Of a DNA stretch of 64,000 nt, positions 18,333 to 26,699 are shown in pieces. The stretch comes from Candidatus Heimdallarchaeota archaeon (lineage in GTDB: Archaea; Asgardarchaeota; Heimdallarchaeia; Hodarchaeales; Hodarchaeaceae), in contig CP070695.1 in NCBI GenBank assembly GCA_020353515.1, positions 2,738,155-2,802,154 of the forward strand, written 5' to 3'. The number at the start of each line of letters is the position of its first letter. The first letter of the stretch is position 1. Under the pieces are notes generated by a model that had not been told where the DNA came from, searched no databases, and was given only the letters and a program-made list of their open reading frames with translations. The position numbers and the translations under genes are program-made.

Positions 18333-19625
18333 GTGAACATTAAGAATGAGGAAATTTCATTGAGTAAACCAAAGATCTATTGGATTCTGATAGTCGTAGT
18401 ATTCTTTCTAACTTTACTTACGACTAACAATGCGAATTTACACGTAAAAACAGTACAAGGGGCAGTTAAGCCCACTCTTGAGTCTGAAATCGTTATAGGA
18501 ATCGATTTAAGCCATAATAATGATGTTAATTCAACAGAAATAGCGAATTTAACATCAATCCTTAATACAACTTTTACTCAACAAATTGTATTCCTCAATG
18601 AGAAATTTACTTCAGAAAGTCTATCAGACATTGATGTTTTAACTATATTGGCACCTACAACACCTTTTGATCTTGATCTAGAGGAAGCAAAGGTTGTAGA
18701 AGAATTCATAAAAGCTGGGAAGTCTTTATTGATAGCTTCTGGTTTTAGGAACCAGACAAGAGAACCACTAAACGATCTTCTAAACGTTTATGGTTTAAAA
18801 TTTAATTTTTCAAGATCTATAATATCAGAGAGAGCATTGGCAAGAAACTTTACAACCCCAAAGATTCCTTTAACGGAGAATATTTCTCAACTTATTTGTC
18901 CAAACGGACTGGGAATTTCATTTAATGAATCCAAATTAGAAAGCTATCAATCTCCTGCAATTTTATTTTATAACCCCATTTTACTTGTTAATTCAGATGA
19001 AGCCCCATCTGAGAACAATACTTTGATTTCAAGTCTAGAGTTTGAAAATGGGGCTCGAATATTGGCTATAGGATCAGCAGAAATGTTTAATAACAGTTAT
19101 ATTGAACCACTTGCCAATACTTCAAGTATTTTCTTAGATAACACAGATTTTTTTGTTAATGCAATTAAATGGTTAGGAAGAAATACAGGAATCATAAATT
19201 TCTATGATCCGTGGGTAGACTTAGATGGTCAATCCATCAATATTGGTACAATTATTAATGGAAATGTCACTTTGGTGAATTCTCAAAACCAAAGTCTTTC
19301 ACAAGTTCAACTAACGATCTCCATTGAACGAACAGGTTCCATTTTAAGCTCAAGAGGAATGCAAATTTCACCAAATAATGCTTCAAGATATTTTGGTTGG
19401 GTGAGTACCGAAGATCTAGGTTTTGGTTATTGTGATATAATTTTTATGGCAATTCACATCGGATATATGCCAATTGAATTGACAGCTGGCCGTGTATACT
19501 TAGAACCTCCATTTCCCTCACGTCAAAACCCAAATCCTGCTATAATGGGATTATTTCTGGCATCTTCTTTCCTATTCGTATCAAGCGCAATATTCATTTA
19601 CTTAAATCTAGAAAAGAAGGAATAG
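18333..19625 (+). CDS. OST48/Wbp1-like oligosaccharyltransferase subunit (GIFT-like domain, C-terminal TM)
   Basis: N-terminal hydrophobic signal, ENGARILAIGSAEMFNN, N..F..NAIKWL...G, C-terminal TM ending LNLEKKE; 430 aa. Confidence 0.7.
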   Translation: MNIKNEEISLSKPKIYWILIVVVFFLTLLTTNNANLHVKTVQGAVKPTLESEIVIGIDLSHNNDVNSTEIANLTSILNTTFTQQIVFLNEKFTSESLSDIDVLTILAPTTPFDLDLEEAKVVEEFIKAGKSLLIASGFRNQTREPLNDLLNVYGLKFNFSRSIISERALARNFTTPKIPLTENISQLICPNGLGISFNESKLESYQSPAILFYNPILLVNSDEAPSENNTLISSLEFENGARILAIGSAEMFNNSYIEPLANTSSIFLDNTDFFVNAIKWLGRNTGIINFYDPWVDLDGQSINIGTIINGNVTLVNSQNQSLSQVQLTISIERTGSILSSRGMQISPNNASRYFGWVSTEDLGFGYCDIIFMAIHIGYMPIELTAGRVYLEPPFPSRQNPNPAIMGLFLASSFLFVSSAIFIYLNLEKKE

Positions 19626-19657
19626 GTCTAAGAAGTTGATTTTCCGTGCGATTCAAT

Positions 19658-20038
19658 TCACGAGAGAGTAGTTAAGGTCTCTGTTGTAAGCTTATAATCT
19701 TTTGGTAAGAGAAAGATATAATCTAACTTACCTAGATTCAGCATGTCATATTCATATTGCCGAATGAATGCATTTAATCGCTGTAAAACTCGTTTAGCGT
19801 CCATTGGTTTTTTTATTCGAAATTCTTTGTAAAAAATAATAATAAGGCTTCCGTTTTCCATCTCGAGCTCAATATCATCTGTATCCCTAAACTCTCCAAT
19901 AGAGATACAGCGGATTCTATTTTTTTGTGTTTTAAATGAATGGGTGAAAGTTCCTAATACGCTTAAAATTGATGGGCACATTTTTTTTTCCAAGTAAACA
20001 TGGGTGTATTTTTCTGAAGAGGTTATTTGAAAATACAT
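19658..20038 (-). CDS. Hypothetical protein
   Basis: 126-aa ATG ORF filling an intergenic gap; no motif recognised. Confidence 0.55.
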   Translation of the reverse strand: MYFQITSSEKYTHVYLEKKMCPSILSVLGTFTHSFKTQKNRIRCISIGEFRDTDDIELEMENGSLIIIFYKEFRIKKPMDAKRVLQRLNAFIRQYEYDMLNLGKLDYIFLLPKDYKLTTETLTTLS

Positions 20039-20186
20039 CTTTAACCTTTATACATCCTCGGTTTCTTCATCATAGCTTAAATTTAATCATGATATTGCGG
20101 TAATAGGTCTTGTGAATAATAAAAGGTGTCATATCAAAGAAAAGTCACAAGTGAATACACATATCTGAACACTTGATTATTGAAAG

Positions 20187-20318
20187 CGGGCCCGAAGGGA
20201 TTTGAACCCCTGACCCCTGCGTATCTGCCAGTCTTATGCTTCTGACTTTCCGCAGCGCAGTACTCTATCCAGGCTTTGCCACACATATATCTTCGTAATG
20301 TGTATAAGCCACGGGCCC
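20187..20318 (-). tRNA. tRNA-Arg(GCG) with two introns (30 nt at about 14/15; 27 nt at 37/38)
   Basis: Acceptor stem GGGCCCG/CGGGCCC, anticodon arm CTGCG-CTGCGGA-CGCAG after splicing, TTCAAAT T-loop; mature length 75 nt. Confidence 0.93.
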
Positions 20319-20723
20319 TTGTAAGAAAAATGACCATTTACATCGCTCTTATTAATACTCTTAAAATTTTGTTGTAGTTTTACGTTCAACATTATAGAAT
20401 AAGATTCATTTCTGAACTTTCTATCAAACCCTGGAAAATCTAAGTGTTCAATCTGGTGAAATGGAAGAAATTTGGCTTCCTCATGCTTTTTAAGTCAAAA
20501 TTTATCTTTACAAGCCTAAATTTTGTTATAATAGTTAGATTCTATGAAGTCCTTCTCCTCCTATTTAAGATAAACCTGTTGAAACCTTTTCACAAATGTA
20601 GCATTACTGGTACCATTTTCCCTTCTGATATTTGTCAATATATGATTTCTCTGAAAAAATAGAGTTCTATTATGAAAAAAATTAAAAGTCACAACGACAG
20701 GGAGAATCTAACTAAATTAAAGA

Positions 20724-21107
20724 ATGATTACCAAGAGGTTAATTGATATGAAAACTCCAACATTGATTGGTACACTAATATTTGTGATCAGTCTCATGAT
20801 CGCAATCATTATCGCACTACCACCCTACCCTGAGCGTGCTTATATTGAATTATTTTTGATCTGGTTCGGTGGAATTGTTGGGGGTATAGGACTTGGGTAT
20901 GGTAATCGCGAGAGTTTTGGGTTTGATGAAGGAAATAACGCAACTATTGTTGGAGGTCTCGGCCTCGGATGGAGCATTCTTGTTTCATTTTTGATGTATT
21001 ATTATGGCCATCCTCCGATTGATAGAGTCATTATATCATTTGTTGGTTCACTTGTGGCAATCCTTGGCTTATATATGCTGGTTGTATCCACTCAAGAATC
21101 TTATTAG
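20724..21107 (+). CDS. Hypothetical 4-TM Gly-rich membrane protein
   Basis: Four hydrophobic segments with GxxxG-like motifs. Confidence 0.7.
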   Translation: MITKRLIDMKTPTLIGTLIFVISLMIAIIIALPPYPERAYIELFLIWFGGIVGGIGLGYGNRESFGFDEGNNATIVGGLGLGWSILVSFLMYYYGHPPIDRVIISFVGSLVAILGLYMLVVSTQESY

Positions 21108-21295
21108 CTTGTTTAGATTTTTTGCCCTTTTTGCTTTCGTGTTTATTGTAGAATGTTTCTTAGCAAGAAATCTCCCGATCTTTTGGAGAGAGATATCCCA
21201 AAATACAGTGAATTCTCCCATGAACTATAATTAATAGCGATATTTGATTCTAAGAGTTCGATATTAATGAGAAACAAAATAAATAATGTTCAAGA

Positions 21296-22615
21296 TTATA
21301 TGAAACCTCTTTTTTCTAGGATATCTTGTAGTGTTTTAGTACTTTTATCATCCATACCATAAGTAATACGAGTGTTAGGTTTGTTAATGTTTATTATTCT
21401 TCGCAAATCTATTGGGGTACCAATAATAACAGTATCAGCGTCGGTATTATTGATTGTTTCTTCAAGATCTTCAATCTGTTTTGCTCCATATCCCATCGCA
21501 GGTAAAACTTGTGAAAGGTGTGGATACTTTTTGAAAGTATCATTAATGGAACGAACAGCATATGGACGAGGATCAATAATTTCTGAGGCGTGATTAGCTT
21601 TAGCTGCAACCATCCCAGCACCATATTTCATGTCTCCATGAGTCACTGTTGGGCCATCTTCAACAACCAATACCCGTTTCTCTTTGATTTTATCTGGATC
21701 TTCAACTGTAACAATACTCTTAGCTTTTATGATTTGTGCTTTTGGATTCTCAGCTTTAATGGTCTCTATTAACGTTTCAATATCCTCTGTTTTAGCGGTA
21801 TCGACTTTATTCACAATTATAACATCACTAGCTAAAAGATTTGTATGGCCAGGATAATATGTAGTTTCATGTCCAAGACGATGGGGATCAGCGACAGTGA
21901 ACCACAAGTCCGCAACATAAAAAGGAAAGTCATTATTTCCTCCATCCCAAAGAATGATATCTGCTTCTTTTTCTGCTTCGATTAAAATTTTCCCGTAATC
22001 TACTCCTGCGAATACCAAGTTTCCCGCTACAATATGAGGAGCATATTCTTCACGTTCTTCTATAGTGCATTCATGTTTATCTAAATCAATCAGATCACCA
22101 AATCGCTGGCAAATTTGTTTTCTTAAATCCCCATAAGGCATTGGATGCCGAATAACTGCGACACGTTTTCCTCGCTGTCTAAGTATTTGTCCTAATTTCC
22201 TTGTAACCTGACTCTTACCAGCTCCAGTTCTGACCGCGCATACCGCAATAACTGGCTTGTTAGACTTAATACAAGTATGTTTAATTCCCATTAACCTAAA
22301 ATCTGCCCCAATTGCAAGGATATGAGAAGCCTTCTGCATAACTTGTACATGAGAGATATCTGAATAAGACATAATTACCTGATCGGCTTCATATTGTTTA
22401 ATTAAGGAGGCTAAATCTTCTTCTGGATAAATAGGGATACCATCAGGATATAAGGATCCAGTCAACTCTTTAGGATATTTTCTTCCTGAAATATCTGGAA
22501 TTTGCGTTGCAGTAAAGGCTACCACGTCATAAATTTCATTATCACGAAAATAAGTGTTAAAATTATGGAAATCTCGTCCAGCAGCTCCTAGAATTATTGT
22601 TTTCATTCTTTTCAT
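21296..22615 (-). CDS. COG2403 P-loop protein (cyclic 2,3-diphosphoglycerate synthetase-like / arginine synthetase-like)
   Basis: GAAGRDFHNFN, AVRTGAGKS, RHPMPYGDL, EEREEY, WDGGNND, VEDGPT. Confidence 0.85.
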   Translation of the reverse strand: MKRMKTIILGAAGRDFHNFNTYFRDNEIYDVVAFTATQIPDISGRKYPKELTGSLYPDGIPIYPEEDLASLIKQYEADQVIMSYSDISHVQVMQKASHILAIGADFRLMGIKHTCIKSNKPVIAVCAVRTGAGKSQVTRKLGQILRQRGKRVAVIRHPMPYGDLRKQICQRFGDLIDLDKHECTIEEREEYAPHIVAGNLVFAGVDYGKILIEAEKEADIILWDGGNNDFPFYVADLWFTVADPHRLGHETTYYPGHTNLLASDVIIVNKVDTAKTEDIETLIETIKAENPKAQIIKAKSIVTVEDPDKIKEKRVLVVEDGPTVTHGDMKYGAGMVAAKANHASEIIDPRPYAVRSINDTFKKYPHLSQVLPAMGYGAKQIEDLEETINNTDADTVIIGTPIDLRRIININKPNTRITYGMDDKSTKTLQDILEKRGFI

Positions 22616-22981
22616 TGCAGGATACCCCTAATTTTTAGTGATAGAAGGAAAAAAAGGCTGAATTTTTAAAATATTCTTTTGTAATTGCAAAAATTGATAC
22701 GAATTTAGAAAAATTCATAACAAATCGTTGTAAATTAATTTCAAAAATATATACAAGTCAAACCATTAATAACTATCCTAACAAAATTCCACTTCTTGGA
22801 CATATCCCGACCAATTCAGAGTGAAATCATCATAAAAGGTTAGAGATGGTAATTTAGTAATATCCTAACACAGCACAAATCAGTCTATATTAATTACTAA
22901 GCTTAGAGCAGGTTAAAATACAGAAAACACAAATAAAAATTTGCAAAAATCATATGTTTAGATAATTTAGAGGAAAATACG

Positions 22982-23299
22982 ATGAGTTCTGACCTTGAAG
23001 GATGGTTTAACTTCCCTAAACCCGTAAAATTGCTGGATATCTCTCTTATTGGGTATATTGTCATTTTAGTAGTTGCAACAATACTTTACTTGGCTATTCT
23101 CGACCATACCGTACAGAATTTAATGCCTATATTTCTTACAGCCATATTAGCCTTGATTACATGGAACTTTCGGACACAGTTATTAAAAACCTCAGATCCT
23201 AACATGCATAAACGGTACTTTCGTGAATGGATTGTTATTTGTATTTGCATCATTGTGTTTATTGGAGTAATTCTCATTGTTTATCCAGTAACATATTAA
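22982..23299 (+). CDS. Putative DAD1/Ost2-like oligosaccharyltransferase subunit (3 TM)
   Basis: PKPVKLLD before TM1, NFRTQL after TM2, KRYFREW before TM3; 105 aa; GAGGA RBS. Confidence 0.65.
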   Translation: MSSDLEGWFNFPKPVKLLDISLIGYIVILVVATILYLAILDHTVQNLMPIFLTAILALITWNFRTQLLKTSDPNMHKRYFREWIVICICIIVFIGVILIVYPVTY

Positions 23300-23455
23300 T
23301 TAAAATTACGTTTTCTGATTAAAATTTTGAAGAAAAAAATATCTTCTCACTAGTGATGATGTTATCCCCGGATGAGTTGTGTTACAACTATGAACGTAAG
23401 AAGAGCCGTCTGAAGTGATTCCTGAAGTTCAATTTTGAATATGAGATGAATAGAA

Positions 23456-23746
23456 ATGAAAAAGGACTTAATGGACATTTTAGCCTGTCCGATCTGTAAA
23501 AATATCGAATTAAAATTATTTGTTTTTAAAGAAGATGAGAGAGAAATTGAATCTGGTCTTATTTTTTGTTCCAAGTGTAATCGATATTATCCAATCAAGG
23601 GAACAATACCAGTCATGCTGCCAGACGATCTGAGAAAAGAAGATGAAGACTTGAAATTTCTTTCAGCTAATCAAGAGAAAATTCCGCCAAAAATTCTAAC
23701 AGAAGGAAAGCCTTTTCCTTTGTCTAACCGAAAAAAAGGAGTATAA
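23456..23746 (+). CDS. trm112: Trm112-family methyltransferase activator
   Basis: LMDILACPICK, EIESGLIFCSKCNRYYPI..TIPVMLP. Confidence 0.9.
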   Translation: MKKDLMDILACPICKNIELKLFVFKEDEREIESGLIFCSKCNRYYPIKGTIPVMLPDDLRKEDEDLKFLSANQEKIPPKILTEGKPFPLSNRKKGV

Positions 23747-23791
23747 ATGAATTAAAAGCCTTCTTTCATTCGATAAGGAGTAAAGAGGGAA

Positions 23792-23864
23792 TAGCCCCGC
23801 TCAGATTCGAACTGAGGTCACTAGGGCCAAAGCCTAGAATGATGGTCCGCTACACTACGGGGCT
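23792..23864 (-). tRNA. tRNA-Gln(TTG), intronless
   Basis: AGCCCCG/CGGGGCT acceptor stem with A1-U72, CTAGG-CTTTGGC-CCTAG anticodon arm, TTCGAAT. Confidence 0.95.
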
Positions 23865-24082
23865 GAAAGCGCTGCGACAACACACATCACCCTGATTGCA
23901 GATTCAGGGCAACAAACTTCACATGCACGACATTCAAAACATGAATCTGGATTTAAGACTTTTATCTTTTCTCTTTTTTCTGCAATCAGGATTTCTGCTG
24001 GACAACTACGGACACATTTCAAACAGCGAATGCAGAGGTCGTGATCGATGAGTATATGAGGAGCTATTCTTTCGCACCTCAT
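23855..24082 (-). CDS. 2x[4Fe-4S] ferredoxin
   Basis: CIRCLKCVRSCP and CFECRACEVCCP; ATGA overlap with upstream ribophorin gene. Confidence 0.88.
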   Translation of the reverse strand: MRCERIAPHILIDHDLCIRCLKCVRSCPAEILIAEKREKIKVLNPDSCFECRACEVCCPESAIRVMCVVAALSAP

Positions 24083-26145
24083 TTCGTAAGGAGAGATCGT
24101 AAATCAATTAGAACCTTATCAACTTCATTATTCACCTTACGAAGCTGTTTATCGTAATTAATTTTCAGTTTTGCGTACGCGTCCTTTCCAATTCTCCCTT
24201 GAGTTTTTTTCCGTTCAAGTGATTCAATGTTTATGAGAATGTCTTCACGATTAGCTTCTGCTACCTCAATCGATCTCATAGATATTCTGTATCGTGGTCC
24301 TTCTTCTGCTAATTTCTTTGATATTGATACAATTGATCGGTCGATTCCTTGTTGTCGATTTCTCAAAATTATTCGGGTCTGTTCATACTCTCGCGCACTA
24401 ATATTCCTTGATTTCCGTTTTCGATCAAGTCTTAATATTTGTTCTCGAATAGCTGTTTTTTCTTCATAAGTTTTAACAAAATCCTTAATTAGATCCAAAG
24501 GAATTTCTTCTATAGCAATTTTCTTTCCTCTAAAACCAAAAGAAAGATTTCTCACAAATATATAGCTCAATCCTATTAGTAAAAAGAAGATACTGAGAGA
24601 AAGTGGGACTTGGACAAAATTAGATAGAGGAATATTAAACTCAACACTCAAGTAATGATTGCTTAGGGGGGTTAGATTTTCAAAACCGAGTGCCAATCCC
24701 TTTTTATCAAAAAGGCTAAGAAGGGTTCTTTCTCGAATGGAGGAATTATAGTTAGATTCTCTTGAAGTACTTGTTTCAATTCCATTGGTAATTCTAGTTA
24801 TATTGTATCTTGAACCAGATGGTAGTAAGAGAGCCCATTCAAATTTTTGAACAGTCCAATTAAAACTCAATGATAAAGGTATTTGTAATTGTACTTTCCC
24901 ACCTCCTAAGTCCTTCATGATATCGGCAACTCGTTCTCGATAAGATATATGCATGTCATATTTTTCATGTTGCTCTATTTGGACTCTTGGGGTGATTTCG
25001 ACGAGTTTTCTGTTGACTACGGGATCAGAAGATACTGATGGTGTAAGATTCCCATAATTATCTCGAAATCCAATCTTTTGAGCACTTTCGGGCAGATAAA
25101 AACTGATCTTAGGAAATGTAGGACCTCCAAGGGCTGTCGAAAGACTTGATCCTGACTTTATACCAATATTTTGGAGCTCAATTTCATAAGTAGTAGTTAC
25201 AAATCCCCATTCTGAGACGGTAACTACTGATTTTAGCTCGGTAAACTCAATTTTTGTGTTTACATTCTGGTAGTATTCAAATGAGAGATATGACGTGAAA
25301 TTTGTTCTAAGAGTAGGGATGTATGCTGGAATAAACTCTCGATTTTCGAGAGATGTTAGGTTATACCCTCCATATTCAGAATTGCTTAAGACTCGTCTAT
25401 CAATGGTTGAAAGTCCAGTTACATTCCTGAAGATCAGACCATATGTTGTATTTCCTGAAAAATCACCTTGAAAATAATCACTTGTTGGTTGAATAGACTC
25501 ATTTTTCACTCTAACATTAGTATCTTGGCCTAATTTCCATTCGAGTTCATAAGAAGTAATTGGCATAGAGAGTAACGGGAGAAAACTGAGATTAAATTGA
25601 TATGGATGGGCTGATTCTTCCAATTTAGCTCCTTCATCAAATGTTACTGCATTTGGATGATCCATCTCGATAATTATTGATACACTTTGGTTCTCCTCAA
25701 CTGAAGGAGTTTGGATAACTAATAAAACCGAATTGTTTTCCTCTAGTTGAGCTAAAACCATCGAATCTGAGTCTGTCTTATTCGGAGAAAAAATCCGCCA
25801 AAATTTGGTATCCTCAAATTCATGAGACGGAATTGTATAATTAAAGGCATCAATAGGCTGTGATGCGTAGTTATAAAGGTTGATTTCTGTCCGAGAGGTT
25901 GTATAACCATATTCATTCGCTGTGATTACACGACTAACATTTATTTGATGACTTTTGTTGGTAAACGTAGAAACATCTAAAAAATTGAGGGAATCAAAAT
26001 CAATCTGTTCTATACCATCTTGGTAGAGATTCCTAGTTATCATTGAGGATCCATGGTCAATCTTGTAATTTATTGTTACAAAGAGGGATGAAACTATCAT
26101 AACAATGAGAAAAATATTCAAGCTTGAATCAAGTTTCTTTTTCAT
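24079..26145 (-). CDS. Ribophorin I (OST1/RPN1)-like protein
   Basis: Signal/TM, two luminal repeats (VSRVITANEYG; VVTVSEWGFVTTTYEIELQNIG, FRDNYGNL, ITPR), TM, cytosolic helical tail. Confidence 0.82.
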   Translation of the reverse strand: MKKKLDSSLNIFLIVMIVSSLFVTINYKIDHGSSMITRNLYQDGIEQIDFDSLNFLDVSTFTNKSHQINVSRVITANEYGYTTSRTEINLYNYASQPIDAFNYTIPSHEFEDTKFWRIFSPNKTDSDSMVLAQLEENNSVLLVIQTPSVEENQSVSIIIEMDHPNAVTFDEGAKLEESAHPYQFNLSFLPLLSMPITSYELEWKLGQDTNVRVKNESIQPTSDYFQGDFSGNTTYGLIFRNVTGLSTIDRRVLSNSEYGGYNLTSLENREFIPAYIPTLRTNFTSYLSFEYYQNVNTKIEFTELKSVVTVSEWGFVTTTYEIELQNIGIKSGSSLSTALGGPTFPKISFYLPESAQKIGFRDNYGNLTPSVSSDPVVNRKLVEITPRVQIEQHEKYDMHISYRERVADIMKDLGGGKVQLQIPLSLSFNWTVQKFEWALLLPSGSRYNITRITNGIETSTSRESNYNSSIRERTLLSLFDKKGLALGFENLTPLSNHYLSVEFNIPLSNFVQVPLSLSIFFLLIGLSYIFVRNLSFGFRGKKIAIEEIPLDLIKDFVKTYEEKTAIREQILRLDRKRKSRNISAREYEQTRIILRNRQQGIDRSIVSISKKLAEEGPRYRISMRSIEVAEANREDILINIESLERKKTQGRIGKDAYAKLKINYDKQLRKVNNEVDKVLIDLRSLLTK

Positions 26146-26699
26146 ATGTAAATGCTCCTATGGTCTGCCTTTATTACGTCTAGCACTGTTAGCGGTGACT
26201 AAAAGATGGATATTCTGATAATCCACCTAAACATGCATATTATGACTGACACGGTCTCGTTTTGCACAGTATAAAATATTTTATCTTTTCTTGTAAAACT
26301 CTACCCAATGAATAACAATATTTAAACAGTTGCATTAAGTCATCATTCGTTTTTCTTGATATGAATTTCCTAAAATATGCTTTAGATACTCAAATCTTGA
26401 ATCAAAAGTTAATAATTCAAATCATTTTAAAAAAATATCATTATGTATGTCTTAATTCAATACTTTTTAATTCTAAATGTATGATTTCATTAGTTATACT
26501 CAGTTAATTACCCATTTAAGATCAAAACACATATCTCAGAAAACTTAGAAAAATTGGATAGAGACTAAATCAATAAAAGAAGAAAACAAAGTTGATCATA
26601 CAAAGAAAGCAGCGTATTAATCTCCAGAAGATCGAATATTAAGATAAATCTGAGTTCCTATGCTTTAGTAACAATCATTTAGTATCCGAGGTACGTTAA

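Noticed and set aside
19600-19625. C-terminal LEKKE as a true KKxx ER-retrieval signal
   Set aside because: The lysines are at -3/-2 rather than -4/-3 and are equally explained by the positive-inside rule
20134-20337. 67-aa ORF spanning tRNA-Arg (likewise 52446-52643 over tRNA-Ile)
   Set aside because: Artefacts of GC-rich tRNA sequence lacking stop codons
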